A stretch of DNA of 64,000 nt from a virus. The translations under genes were made by a program, and so were the position numbers. The stretch lies in the IMG/VR virus record IMGVR_UViG_3300025121_000023, positions 32,001 through 96,000 of that record; one strand, given 5' to 3'. Every line of letters begins with the position of its first letter. Position 1 is the stretch's first letter. Shown piece by piece: positions 20,122-30,290 of this stretch. The notes below the pieces were generated by a model. That model was not told the DNA's origin. It was given only the letters and a program-made list of their open reading frames with translations, and searched no databases.

Positions 20122-20403
20122 TCATTTTTTTTCTAAATATCCTAATTTCATTAGTTTTATAACACCATCATTAATTTCAGATTTTGTTAAAGTAAATCCA
20201 GAATATTCAAATTCGTTTTCGATTGCATCATATAAAATATCATCTAATTGAAAACGTTCAGCTATATTTCCATCAATCCATCCACATAATAATGATAATA
20301 ATTTAATGTGATTTTTTGTTCTTTTATTCCAATTATCTAAATCATCACTTAGTGGGAACAAATCATTATGTTCTTCATATTTATCTGTTAATCCAAAATA
20401 CAT
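20122..20403 (-). CDS. hypothetical protein
   Basis: ORF downstream of a TAnnTTTG element. Confidence 0.55.
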   Translation of the reverse strand: MYFGLTDKYEEHNDLFPLSDDLDNWNKRTKNHIKLLSLLCGWIDGNIAERFQLDDILYDAIENEFEYSGFTLTKSEINDGVIKLMKLGYLEKK

Positions 20404-20481
20404 ATAATAATTTTAATTTTATTTTAAAATCAGATACAAAGATATAATTAATATTTTAAACCACCAAATCTTTTTACCTTT

Positions 20482-21270
20482 TTGACCATCAAATTTTTAT
20501 ATATAGATAATATGGTAGTTAGTGAAACAGTTGAAATAAATATTGAACGTAGAAATATAACTTTTTATAGAAAATTAGGCTATGAGTTAAAAGTTGGAAC
20601 AAAATTAGTAATTCCAGTTAATCAATTAATGATAGGCGCTAAAAATAAAATAAAAATATTTTGTGATATATGTAATATACATTTTTATGTAGTATATAAA
20701 GATTATTTAAATTCTAATAAAAACCATAATTTTGATGTGTGTAATAAATGTAAATTTGAAAAAATTAAAATAACTAATAATAAAAAATATGGGTGTGATT
20801 CACCATTACAAAATAATAAAATATTACAAAAATTTATTGAAACTAATAATAAAAAATATGGTGGAAATTCTTCTAGTAATAGCCAAAAAGTATTAGATAA
20901 ACAAAGAAAAACTAGAATTAAAAATAAAATAGAAATACCATCTGATATACCTATTGGAGAATTTAAAAAATATAGAAACAGAGTAGATACATTTACTAAT
21001 AAAAATAAAAAAGAATTATTTAATAGTTGGAATGGTTATGATTTTTATGATGGAGAATATATTAAAGATAATCTTAAATTACATTTTAATGGTAAAAATT
21101 ATCCTACAATAGAACATAAAACATCTGTATTTTATGGATTTATGAATAAAATATCTGAAGAAGAAATATCCAAATTAGAAAATCTGGCTATTACTAAAAA
21201 AAGTATAAATAGTTCAAGAGGAAATAAAAATTTTGATTTATTCAGAGAAAGTTTTAATAAAATTATTTAA
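20482..21270 (+). CDS. putative HNH-like free-standing endonuclease (likely ATG at 20512)
   Basis: CxxC pairs, KKYG repeats, YPTIEHK...NLAITK.SINS; paralog of 47791..48708. Confidence 0.65.
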   Translation: MTIKFLYIDNMVVSETVEINIERRNITFYRKLGYELKVGTKLVIPVNQLMIGAKNKIKIFCDICNIHFYVVYKDYLNSNKNHNFDVCNKCKFEKIKITNNKKYGCDSPLQNNKILQKFIETNNKKYGGNSSSNSQKVLDKQRKTRIKNKIEIPSDIPIGEFKKYRNRVDTFTNKNKKELFNSWNGYDFYDGEYIKDNLKLHFNGKNYPTIEHKTSVFYGFMNKISEEEISKLENLAITKKSINSSRGNKNFDLFRESFNKII

Positions 21271-22464
21271 GTATTCTTGATATTCTAACTCATTTGGAGA
21301 TTTTGTAATTACCCGAATTAATTGTGGAATAATTTCTCCCTTCTTCGCTATTTCTACTGTACAACCAGGATATACTTTATTTTCTATAATCCAACCTAAA
21401 TTATGTAAACTTGCTCTTTTAACTATTGTGCCATCTAATTCAGTTGGATGAAATAAAGCTATAGGGGTAAGTTCACCATCTTTACCTAAATTCCATATAA
21501 TATCATTTATAACTGTTTCTACTTTATTAGGTACAAATTTAACTGCACAAGCCCAATGAGGATGATGATTATTTTCACCTAATTCTTTCCAATATTTAGG
21601 TGGAAAATTTAATACTATACCATCTAAAGCATATTCACAATTAGCTCTATATTCTTTAAATTTAGGATAAATTTCATTAAAAAAATGATTAAAATTGGTA
21701 GTTTCTAATGAAAATATATCACCAAATCCAATACTTTTAAGAGTATCTAATTGATTTTCTGGTCTAATAATTGTATCACCATCAAATATATCCATTCTAA
21801 AAGCAACAAAGCTCATATCATTAATAATTTCGGTAGGAACACCATCTGGTGTATTTAAAATTCCAGCTAACCAATTACGAGGATTATCAACTTTATTTGG
21901 GTTTGAATATTTTTCTTCCCATATAGCAGTAGGTATAATTACTTCACCTCTAATAACTACTTTTTTAAATACTTTGTATTTATCAGGTAATGTATTAGGA
22001 ACTAATAATTTGATTTTTTCTGTTCGGTCTAAACCGCCACCTTCTTCTTCATTACCACGTGTTAAGGCAATATATAAGCATCCATAGTGGTAATTAATTT
22101 CCATAGAGTTTCCATCAAGTTTAGGTGTGCAAGTTATTATAGGATTTACTACTTTATTAAAAAAGTTTTTAATATCAATAGGATATAATTCTTCATCAAC
22201 AGGTTGAGTAACCTGATATTTTTTTAATGATTGCATTGGAAAGGTATGATGAAAACGTAATTCACGTTCACCTATTTTTAATTCTTCTACTAAATTATAT
22301 TTTGCAAGAATTTCAAGAGATGGACAATCTATAATATTAGGTATTAAAGAACCCATTTCTCGAAGTTCGTTTTCTAATGTATCATAAACAGAATCAGATA
22401 CTTCTGTTTTACCATTGTAATACAGATATTTCCATTTTAATAGAATTTTTTCCTTTTCGTACAT
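21238..22464 (-). CDS. ligA: NAD-dependent DNA ligase (adenylation and OB domains only)
   Basis: YY.G...SD..YD, KLDG, TRG, RGE, NPRN, DGIV, A.KF, ASLHN, GEIIP. Confidence 0.9.
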   Translation of the reverse strand: MYEKEKILLKWKYLYYNGKTEVSDSVYDTLENELREMGSLIPNIIDCPSLEILAKYNLVEELKIGERELRFHHTFPMQSLKKYQVTQPVDEELYPIDIKNFFNKVVNPIITCTPKLDGNSMEINYHYGCLYIALTRGNEEEGGGLDRTEKIKLLVPNTLPDKYKVFKKVVIRGEVIIPTAIWEEKYSNPNKVDNPRNWLAGILNTPDGVPTEIINDMSFVAFRMDIFDGDTIIRPENQLDTLKSIGFGDIFSLETTNFNHFFNEIYPKFKEYRANCEYALDGIVLNFPPKYWKELGENNHHPHWACAVKFVPNKVETVINDIIWNLGKDGELTPIALFHPTELDGTIVKRASLHNLGWIIENKVYPGCTVEIAKKGEIIPQLIRVITKSPNELEYQEYLNNFIKTFSE

Positions 22465-22488
22465 TATTTAATTGATTAAAAATTATTT

Positions 22489-22536
22489 TACAAAGATATA
22501 ATAAATTTCTTAAACAACAAGATTATTGAAGTTTTA
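22489..22536. repeat. 48-bp promoter-containing direct repeat (second copy 23215-23262)
   Basis: TACAAAGATATAATAAATTTCTTAAACAACAA[G/A]ATTATTGAAGTTTTA, one mismatch. Confidence 0.9.
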
Positions 22537-23193
22537 TGAATTTTTTTTTAATAGCTGATTAGTTATAATATTTATGAATTTTTTTATACCAACTGGTTCA
22601 TATTGATAAATATCATTAAATATATCACTAGAATCATTAATATCTATAAGATAAAAAGTAGGACCACCACCTTCATCGGTAATTGCATCAAAATTAAATT
22701 TAACTGTTTTATCACCTAAATCGATTTCAGTTTTATATCCAATAGTCCATTTTATGCCATTACGATTCATAACATCTTTACCTTCTAACGTAATTGCATT
22801 ACCATTATGAGGAAGATAATTAATATCAAAACCAGCATCCAAAATAGATTTTGAAATAGAACCAACAAATCTATTATCGAGTTTTTTATTACAAAGATAA
22901 GATAATTTATCAGAAAATTTATTTGGGACAGAATTTTCATCAAAAGTTATTTGAATTTCTTCTGTAGTTGCACCTAAAGTTAAAGCTTTATTTCCAAAAT
23001 CAGAAAAAGAACCACTATATTTTTTCCATTTTTCATTATAATTAAGATTAAGACTATTAAGTTTTAATCCACTAACAAATCTAGCAATAGCTTTGTTTTT
23101 GTCTTTTATCATTTTTGCAACTAATTCACCATTTTCATTTTTTAATGATAAATTCAACATACGGTTCCAATCTTTATCTATTATTTTCACCAT
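22534..23193 (-). CDS. hypothetical protein flanked by direct repeats
   Basis: 219-aa ORF. Confidence 0.65.
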   Translation of the reverse strand: MVKIIDKDWNRMLNLSLKNENGELVAKMIKDKNKAIARFVSGLKLNSLNLNYNEKWKKYSGSFSDFGNKALTLGATTEEIQITFDENSVPNKFSDKLSYLCNKKLDNRFVGSISKSILDAGFDINYLPHNGNAITLEGKDVMNRNGIKWTIGYKTEIDLGDKTVKFNFDAITDEGGGPTFYLIDINDSSDIFNDIYQYEPVGIKKFINIITNQLLKKNS

Positions 23194-23326
23194 AATATAA
23201 TATTTTAATTTGAGTACAAAGATATAATAAATTTCTTAAACAACAAAATTATTGAAGTTTTAAATTATTTTTAAATGTTGTATATCAAGAACAGGGACTA
23301 TACATAAAAGTATTATAAGTTAATAT

Positions 23327-24460
23327 TTAATTAATTCCGAAATATCCTTTTAAAGCTTTTTTACCTTCTTCTTCCATAATATTTATAATTCTTCTATTAT
23401 TTTCTAATATTATAATATTTAAATAATAAAGAATTTTAATAAATTTATCTAATTCACTTGTAGTTATTTTTGCACCACTTAATTCAGATAATTCTACAAT
23501 TGTATTTGTAGTAGGAATTCTATCACCTTTTTGTTTAACTTTACCATAAATTAATTCTAATAAGAAATTAAATTTATGCCATTTTCTAAATTCGGGAGTA
23601 CTAATAATAGTATCTTCATATTCTAATATGACTTTATAATCATAAAATTTATCAAAATAAATACCTAACATAATTATAATTTCTATTGCACTTGAAATTA
23701 AAATTAATGCCCAAATATTTGTTTTATTTTCTTCTACACTTGATTCTAATTTAGTAGTTTCAGTTTGAATAATTCTGTTAGCATCAGAATCTCTTCTATC
23801 TTCGTAACTTCTGATTAATGCATTGTTATTATCTATTTTAATATTATTAGCACTTATTAAATTGGTATATTTAGTTTTATAATTAGTTTTAGATGCTTGA
23901 TTTGAATAATCAGTATTTTGTTCATTTAATAATTTATTTTCATCCATTAAAGGTTTAATATATTGTTCAAAATAAAATGTATTTATTGAATCTACTTTCG
24001 TATTTATTTTATTTTCTGTTGTAGTTTTAAATACTTCTTGATTATCAACAAATCGTTTAGCACCATTTAAACTAAAATAAAAAGAACCTAATACAAGTAT
24101 TGATACACCTATTAAAAACCCTACCATAGAAGATTTAAATAAATCAAATCCTCGTTTAATAAATTCAAGACTAAACATCCCAAATACAAATCTTTTTAAT
24201 AATTCAAACATTGTTAAAAAAAATATTATTCCAAATGTTATAAAAATACTATTACTAATATCATTAAATGAACTAAAAAATATGGCTTGTAAAAAGAAAA
24301 AAGCAAGAAATACAGATACACCGTTACCAAACCAAGAAAACCAATATAAAAATTTATCTACCCATTTAAATCTTTCTGAATAACTCTTTACTAACGTTCT
24401 ACTTTTTAACTCGATATATTTATCGAAATTTATTTTTGATTTGTTTATATTGTCAAACAT
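23327..24460 (-). CDS. multi-pass membrane protein with coiled coil
   Basis: Four hydrophobic segments. Confidence 0.65.
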   Translation of the reverse strand: MFDNINKSKINFDKYIELKSRTLVKSYSERFKWVDKFLYWFSWFGNGVSVFLAFFFLQAIFFSSFNDISNSIFITFGIIFFLTMFELLKRFVFGMFSLEFIKRGFDLFKSSMVGFLIGVSILVLGSFYFSLNGAKRFVDNQEVFKTTTENKINTKVDSINTFYFEQYIKPLMDENKLLNEQNTDYSNQASKTNYKTKYTNLISANNIKIDNNNALIRSYEDRRDSDANRIIQTETTKLESSVEENKTNIWALILISSAIEIIIMLGIYFDKFYDYKVILEYEDTIISTPEFRKWHKFNFLLELIYGKVKQKGDRIPTTNTIVELSELSGAKITTSELDKFIKILYYLNIIILENNRRIINIMEEEGKKALKGYFGIN

Positions 24461-24499
24461 ATGTATTTTTATTTTATTTTAATTATGTATTTTATATAG

Positions 24500-24612
24500 T
24501 TCTGTATTTTGATGACAAATAATGACATCTGATACATTTTTTTCCTAATTCAACGACAAAACTATTGTTTCATCTCCAAAGGCGTTAATTTGGGTGAACT
24601 CGACCCTATTTA
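24500..24612 (-). ncRNA. putative omegaRNA overlapping the tnpB 3' end
   Basis: Position plus GC-richer stems (GGGTCGAGTTCACCC, AACG...CGTT); boundaries uncertain. Confidence 0.5.
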
Positions 24613-25744
24613 TTTTATCATCTTTAATTGATTTCAATCTTATACCTTCATTTTTAATGTTTATTGCTGCGTTTAAATCCCTGTTTAGTACAGAATTGCA
24701 TTTTGAACAAGTCCATTCTCTATCTTTCATAGTTAATTTATCATTTTTAACTCCACAACAACTACATTTTTTTGATGATGGAAAAAATCTATCAATTTGT
24801 ATTACTTCTCTATCATACCATATAGCTTTGTATTCTAAAATTGTTTTAAATTTATTTAATGATAATTCTTGAATTGATTTAGCTAAATGATGATTTTTTA
24901 ACATTCCACTTACATTTAAGTCTTCAATAACTATAGTTTGGTTTTCTCTAAGTAATTGATTAACTACACTATGTAAATAGTTTTCTTTTATATTTGTTAT
25001 TTTTTCATGATATTTTGATAATTTTATCCTTATTTTTTGTTTATTTTTTGAACCTTTTTGTTTTCGTGAAAGCAACTGATTTAACCTTTTAAGTTTTTTT
25101 TCATTATTTCTAGTTGATTTTATATTTTTAAATACTTGGTTATCAGATGATACGATAAAATCTTTTATACCTAAATCAATACCTATAATATTATTTTTAG
25201 GTTTTTGTAATATTTTATTTGGCTTATCAATTAAAATGCTAAAATAATATTTATTTGATTTAGTTTTAGTTAATGTACCAGATTTAATTAAATATTTATT
25301 TTTATTTAAATAAATTTCATCTTGTCTTGAACATTTAAAATGAATATCTTTTAATGGTCTAATTATATTTATTCGATTTCCATTGATTTTACCGATGGCA
25401 TCAACAGGAAATCTACAAGATTGTTTGTTGTGTTTTGATTTAAATTTTGGAAATCCATTACCATTACTAAAAAATGATTTATAAGCAATATCTAAATTAA
25501 CTAAACTCTGTTGTAAAACCTTTGAATGGCTATCTTTTAACCAATTAAATTCTTCGATTGCTTTTAAATTAGTTAAATATTTTCCTGTTTCTACAAAAGA
25601 AACTGATTTTTTATGATTATTATATTGATCAATTTTATGAGCTAAACAATTGTTATAAACAAATCTGGATGATCCAATTAATTTATTCACATAAATTGTT
25701 TGTTCATTATTTAAATATAATCTTGTTTTTATTGCTTTTAACAT
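24545..25744 (-). mobile_element. tnpB: TnpB RNA-guided nuclease (IS200/IS605/IS607 type), no adjacent tnpA
   Basis: N-terminal HTH (RFVYN), RuvC-I GIDLGIK, RuvC-II IEDLNV, CSCC/CSKC Zn ribbon, RuvC-III RDLNAAIN. Confidence 0.93.
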
Positions 25745-25964
25745 TTTTAAATTATTGTTAGTTTTTTACTTACATTATATATTAAATAAAAAATATGATA
25801 TTTTTCCATTTTAAAAAAGTGATTATAATTGACAATATTTTACATTATTTGTCGTTAAAAAATATAAATATACTTAATACTTTTTACTTATATATTTATT
25901 ATAATAAATAGTTTATTTAAAAACAATTTTTTTATATATAATTAATATAAAACTAAATATATAG

Positions 25965-26483
25965 ATGAAAAAATTTAAGGAATTTATTAACGAAAATATA
26001 AAAAGTATACTAAAAGGTAAATCTGATGAAGATGTTATTGAACAATTAAAAAAATTAGATAATAATGAAAGAATTCAAAAAATAATTGAATTACAGTCAT
26101 ATTGGGAATTATTACCAAGAGATTTAAAAGGAGTTTGTATTTTTTTTGGAGATTTAATATTAAATGGTGATGAAGGTCATAATAAATTAGAATTTTTACC
26201 ACCCGATTTTATTGTTACTGGTGATTTAGATGTTAGTTATAATGAAATTAGATATTTACCAAAAAACTTGATAGTTAAGGGTGATTTGGATTGTACAGAT
26301 AATCAATTAACTGAAATACCAAAAGATTTAATTGTTGGTGGTATTTTATATATAGAATATAATTATATAAAGGAAATACCAGAAACTATAAATGCTAGTG
26401 CAATTATATGTAGTAGACAAGACTTAGTACCTAAAAAAAAGGTAAAAAAACCAAAAAATTTTACAGGAAAATTTATTAATTAA
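25965..26483 (+). CDS. LRR protein with CTS-like leader
   Basis: 20-aa LPxNLxVxGDLDxSxNxL repeats; MKKFKEFINE. Confidence 0.75.
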   Translation: MKKFKEFINENIKSILKGKSDEDVIEQLKKLDNNERIQKIIELQSYWELLPRDLKGVCIFFGDLILNGDEGHNKLEFLPPDFIVTGDLDVSYNEIRYLPKNLIVKGDLDCTDNQLTEIPKDLIVGGILYIEYNYIKEIPETINASAIICSRQDLVPKKKVKKPKNFTGKFIN

Positions 26484-26485
26484 TT

Positions 26486-27082
26486 ATGAAAAATTACAAA
26501 CAATTCAACGAAAACAAATTGCCTAAAATAAAAAAAGGTATTAAAGAAATATTAAAACCATTTAAAGAAAATGAAATTGATATATTTGATACATTTAATT
26601 TAGATAAACAAAATTTTAATATAAAAGATTATATAGAAAATCTGTATAATAATGCCGATTTTAATCATAAAATAGAAAAAAAAGGTTTAAAAAAAGGAAA
26701 ACTTCAAGATACTAAATATAATGAAGTATTACTATATGATAGATATGTTCTTAGATTTTTCTTTATTTATAAAAAAGATGCAATCGAAATTGAAGAACCT
26801 AAATTTATTTTAGTTCAATATTATGATAAGAAAAAAAATATATTAAGTTCAATTAAATTATATAAAAATAAAAACAATACCCAAGATTTCTATGAAGATT
26901 TAACTGATGCTACTATCGAAATTGAAAAAGGTGATGATAATTTTATTTATAAAACATCTAATTCTGGAAATAATTGGGAATTAAAAAATCCAAAAGATGT
27001 CCAAGGTGATTTTAAAGACTCATTAGATAAAACAGAAATTAAAAAAATATTAAAAGACAAAAATACAAAAGTGAGTAAATGA
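26486..27082 (+). CDS. hypothetical protein with CTS-like leader
   Basis: MKNYKQFNE. Confidence 0.65.
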   Translation: MKNYKQFNENKLPKIKKGIKEILKPFKENEIDIFDTFNLDKQNFNIKDYIENLYNNADFNHKIEKKGLKKGKLQDTKYNEVLLYDRYVLRFFFIYKKDAIEIEEPKFILVQYYDKKKNILSSIKLYKNKNNTQDFYEDLTDATIEIEKGDDNFIYKTSNSGNNWELKNPKDVQGDFKDSLDKTEIKKILKDKNTKVSK

Positions 27083-27137
27083 AAAAAAAATTTAAATTCA
27101 TTTTAATATAAATTAAAAAACAAAAAAAGATAAATAG

Positions 27138-27581
27138 ATGGAATCCAAAAATAATTATAAATATATTGTTATAAATATACCTACAGTAAATTTTGAAAAT
27201 CGTTTATATACAACAAATAAATTAGTTAAAATAATTCGAATGTTATATAAAAACAATATTCTAATATGGAATTTTAATGAAAATACTAATGTTGATAATT
27301 GGGTAAGACTTTCTTTAATTGATTTGGATGAAGATAGATATATTATAGATGAAATGAATATAAAAAATACAGATGATATAGCATTTTTTGAAAAATATCC
27401 CGTTTATATATATATTAACTTATATATAAATGATTTGTGGTATGATTATGATTATGACTATCAAAGGGAGGATGATCCACACGTTTATTCAAATGTAGAT
27501 ATAAGAGATTTTAAAAGTATAATAGAAACTGGTAAAATACCAATTAAACCCGATTATTCACCAAGGAAATATAGGGTTTAA
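27138..27581 (+). CDS. hypothetical protein with PDYSPRK tail
   Basis: C-terminal KPDYSPRKY. Confidence 0.6.
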   Translation: MESKNNYKYIVINIPTVNFENRLYTTNKLVKIIRMLYKNNILIWNFNENTNVDNWVRLSLIDLDEDRYIIDEMNIKNTDDIAFFEKYPVYIYINLYINDLWYDYDYDYQREDDPHVYSNVDIRDFKSIIETGKIPIKPDYSPRKYRV

Positions 27582-27589
27582 TTGTTAGT

Positions 27590-28045
27590 TCATCCAGTAA
27601 TATCTTTAATTTCTTTTTTAGAATCTCTATCTTTGATATAATTTCTTTTATCTGCAACCTTTCTACCTTTTGCTAATGCTATTTCCATTTTAAAAAACCC
27701 TTTATCGTTAGTATAAAGTTTCAATGGAACAATAGATAAACCTTTTTCTTCAATTTCAATTTTTAGTTTAAGCAATTGCTTTTTATGTAATAATAATTTT
27801 CTATCCCTTATAGGATCAACATTATTATAAGAACCTTCTTCTAATATAGATATATTCATACCTTTAATAAATAATTCATTATCGATAAAAATACAATATG
27901 TACCGTTTATGTTAACTTTATTATCTCTTACTGATTTAACTTCTGTGCCTGTTAAAACAATACCAGCTTCGATTTTATTTATAATTTCAAAATCAAAATA
28001 TGCTCGTTTATTTTTAAATGTACTTGTTAATTTTTTCTTTTTCAT
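27590..28045 (-). CDS. smpB: SsrA-binding protein
   Basis: NKRA.FD, EAGIVLTGTEVKS, RKLLLHK, VPL, GRK..DKR. Confidence 0.95.
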   Translation of the reverse strand: MKKKKLTSTFKNKRAYFDFEIINKIEAGIVLTGTEVKSVRDNKVNINGTYCIFIDNELFIKGMNISILEEGSYNNVDPIRDRKLLLHKKQLLKLKIEIEEKGLSIVPLKLYTNDKGFFKMEIALAKGRKVADKRNYIKDRDSKKEIKDITG

Positions 28046-28380
28046 TATTTTCCTGGGATTACATAAAGTTCAATAGTGGATACTTGTTTTAATAAATTGA
28101 AAAATTCTTCTCTATATTCATAACTAATACTTTCTAAAGTAGAAGGTAATTCATTACCATTAAGAGGAATATATACATATCCTTTTGTAAATGGTTTATC
28201 TTTAATATTTACAGAATATACTATGACACCTATCGCATCTGTATTATATTTAGCACTTACACCATTAACAGTAAAGGTTAGTGATTTTTCAGTCTTTACT
28301 ACTATTATAGTATCTAATATATTTACTTCATTATGATCAATTACGTGTTCATGTGGTTTATTAAAAATTATCTTTTTCAT
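28045..28380 (-). CDS. hypothetical protein
   Basis: ORF coupled to smpB. Confidence 0.6.
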   Translation of the reverse strand: MKKIIFNKPHEHVIDHNEVNILDTIIVVKTEKSLTFTVNGVSAKYNTDAIGVIVYSVNIKDKPFTKGYVYIPLNGNELPSTLESISYEYREEFFNLLKQVSTIELYVIPGK

Positions 28381-28466
28381 TCTTGTTTATTATTTTTTAA
28401 TTACAAATATAATAAATATATTGTAATTTACTATATTTGTTTATATAATTTTATATATATTATATT

Positions 28467-29303
28467 ATGAGTGTAAAAAGTTTTAAAAATTTTGTAAATG
28501 AAAATATTAAAGATCTACTAGTTGGTAAATCATCAGAAGATATTAAAAATCAACTTAAAGGTAAATCTTTTTCAGAAATATTGAATTTAACAAAGAAGTA
28601 TAATATTTATTTTATGGATTTTTTTACAAAAAAAGAACTTAAAGATATTTTTAAAGATTGTTCATTTAAAGAAATTTATGATCAAATAAGATTTAATGGT
28701 GATATAGAAAATATATTTACAAGAGATGAAATAAAAGAATTATTAAAAAAAGATGTACTTAGTAGCACTACTACATATCTTCATAATTACGATTTAAAAT
28801 TAAATAATTTATTTACAAAAGAAGAAGTAAGAGAATTATTAAAAAAAAATAAATGGTATGATGTATTTAAATTTTTAAAAGATAATGATAAATCGTACAA
28901 AGAATATTTATCAAAAAATGATATAATTGAATTAGCTGAAAACCGTTTTGGCAAAAAAATACATAATATATTTGATTTAATCAATATTATGTTTTATAAC
29001 GGAAATATAAATATATTTGACATATTCACAAAAGAAGAAATAAAAAAAGAGTTAGATAAAATATATTTTTATTATCATAATGATATTATAAAAATGTATA
29101 AATTGCCGTTTGATTTAGTATATCCTACAAAAGAACAATTAATTGATTTAATACAAAGATTTTATTATGAAGAAAAAAATATAAGTCGTAATCAAATTAA
29201 CAATTATTTAAATCAATTTAATATTGATTTAGATAATCCAAAGTATTTAAATATATCTAAATTAGAAAAAGATGTACAAAAAAATCGTAATGAAGTTAAA
29301 TAA
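28467..29303 (+). CDS. helical repeat protein (FTKEEIKE repeats) with CTS-like leader
   Basis: KSFKNFVNE-NIKDLLVGKS; repeated FTKxE[IL]K. Confidence 0.65.
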   Translation: MSVKSFKNFVNENIKDLLVGKSSEDIKNQLKGKSFSEILNLTKKYNIYFMDFFTKKELKDIFKDCSFKEIYDQIRFNGDIENIFTRDEIKELLKKDVLSSTTTYLHNYDLKLNNLFTKEEVRELLKKNKWYDVFKFLKDNDKSYKEYLSKNDIIELAENRFGKKIHNIFDLINIMFYNGNINIFDIFTKEEIKKELDKIYFYYHNDIIKMYKLPFDLVYPTKEQLIDLIQRFYYEEKNISRNQINNYLNQFNIDLDNPKYLNISKLEKDVQKNRNEVK

Positions 29304-29388
29304 GAATTAGTATAAGGTGCTGTTATGAAAGGAAATTTTGTAAATTAAGAAAATTTATATATAGTTATAGAAATAAATAAAATTAGAT

Positions 29389-30249
29389 ATGAAAAGATTA
29401 AAAAAATTCAAACAATTTATAACAGAAGATGTAGATATTACAGCACAAGATTTAAAACATCCAGTTGATGAACCTATACAACAAGGTATTCCAACATCTC
29501 AAATGCAAGTACAAGGTCAACCAATACAAAATCAACCACAAGTACAACCACAAATGCCTATACAACCTAAAAAATTAACATTGGATAAATATCGTAATAT
29601 GATAGATTATACATTGTTAAAGGATAATGTAAGTAAAGAATTATTACAAAATTTTATAGAAGAAGCAATTCGACAAAAATTTTATGCTATTTGTATATTA
29701 CCTAAGTATGTGGCTGATGCTGAATTTATTATTGATGATAGAAATTTAAAAATAGTCACTGTTATAGATTATCCAAATGGAACAGCAACAGCAAACGAAA
29801 AATTAGTAGAAACTACTGAAGCATTAGCAGATGGTGCAACCGAAATTGATATGGTTATGGATTTTAAAGCATTGAAAGATGCTTATTTAGATGAAAATGA
29901 AGAATCACAAGAATCTACATATCAAATATTACAAAAAGAAATAAAAACTGTCGGTGATGAATGTCATAGAAACGGTGCCATATTAAAAGTTATTGTAGAA
30001 GCAGAATTATTAACATTAGAAGAATTAGCAAAAGCTTGTGAATTAGTTACCAATGGTGGTGCTGATTTTATAAAAACATCAACAGGAACTAATAATAAAC
30101 CAGTAGAATTAGTTAAAGTAAAAGAAATGAGAAGATTATTACCTGATTATGTTAAAATTAAAATATCGGGTGGTGTAAGGACATTACAACAATGTGAAGA
30201 TTTTTATCAATATATTGATAGAATAGGTACATCTATTATTTTAAAGTAG
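29389..30249 (+). CDS. deoC: deoxyribose-phosphate aldolase with N-terminal extension
   Basis: IDYTLL, GATEIDMV, LKVIVE, ADFIKTSTG, KISGGVR, RIGTS. Confidence 0.92.
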   Translation: MKRLKKFKQFITEDVDITAQDLKHPVDEPIQQGIPTSQMQVQGQPIQNQPQVQPQMPIQPKKLTLDKYRNMIDYTLLKDNVSKELLQNFIEEAIRQKFYAICILPKYVADAEFIIDDRNLKIVTVIDYPNGTATANEKLVETTEALADGATEIDMVMDFKALKDAYLDENEESQESTYQILQKEIKTVGDECHRNGAILKVIVEAELLTLEELAKACELVTNGGADFIKTSTGTNNKPVELVKVKEMRRLLPDYVKIKISGGVRTLQQCEDFYQYIDRIGTSIILK

Positions 30250-30290
30250 TTATTAAATTAAATATATATTACAAAATGAATTGTATTTAA

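Noticed and set aside
27590-28045. tmRNA next to smpB
   Set aside because: No GGGG..GAC 5' end or T-arm plus CCA 3' end recognised in the window
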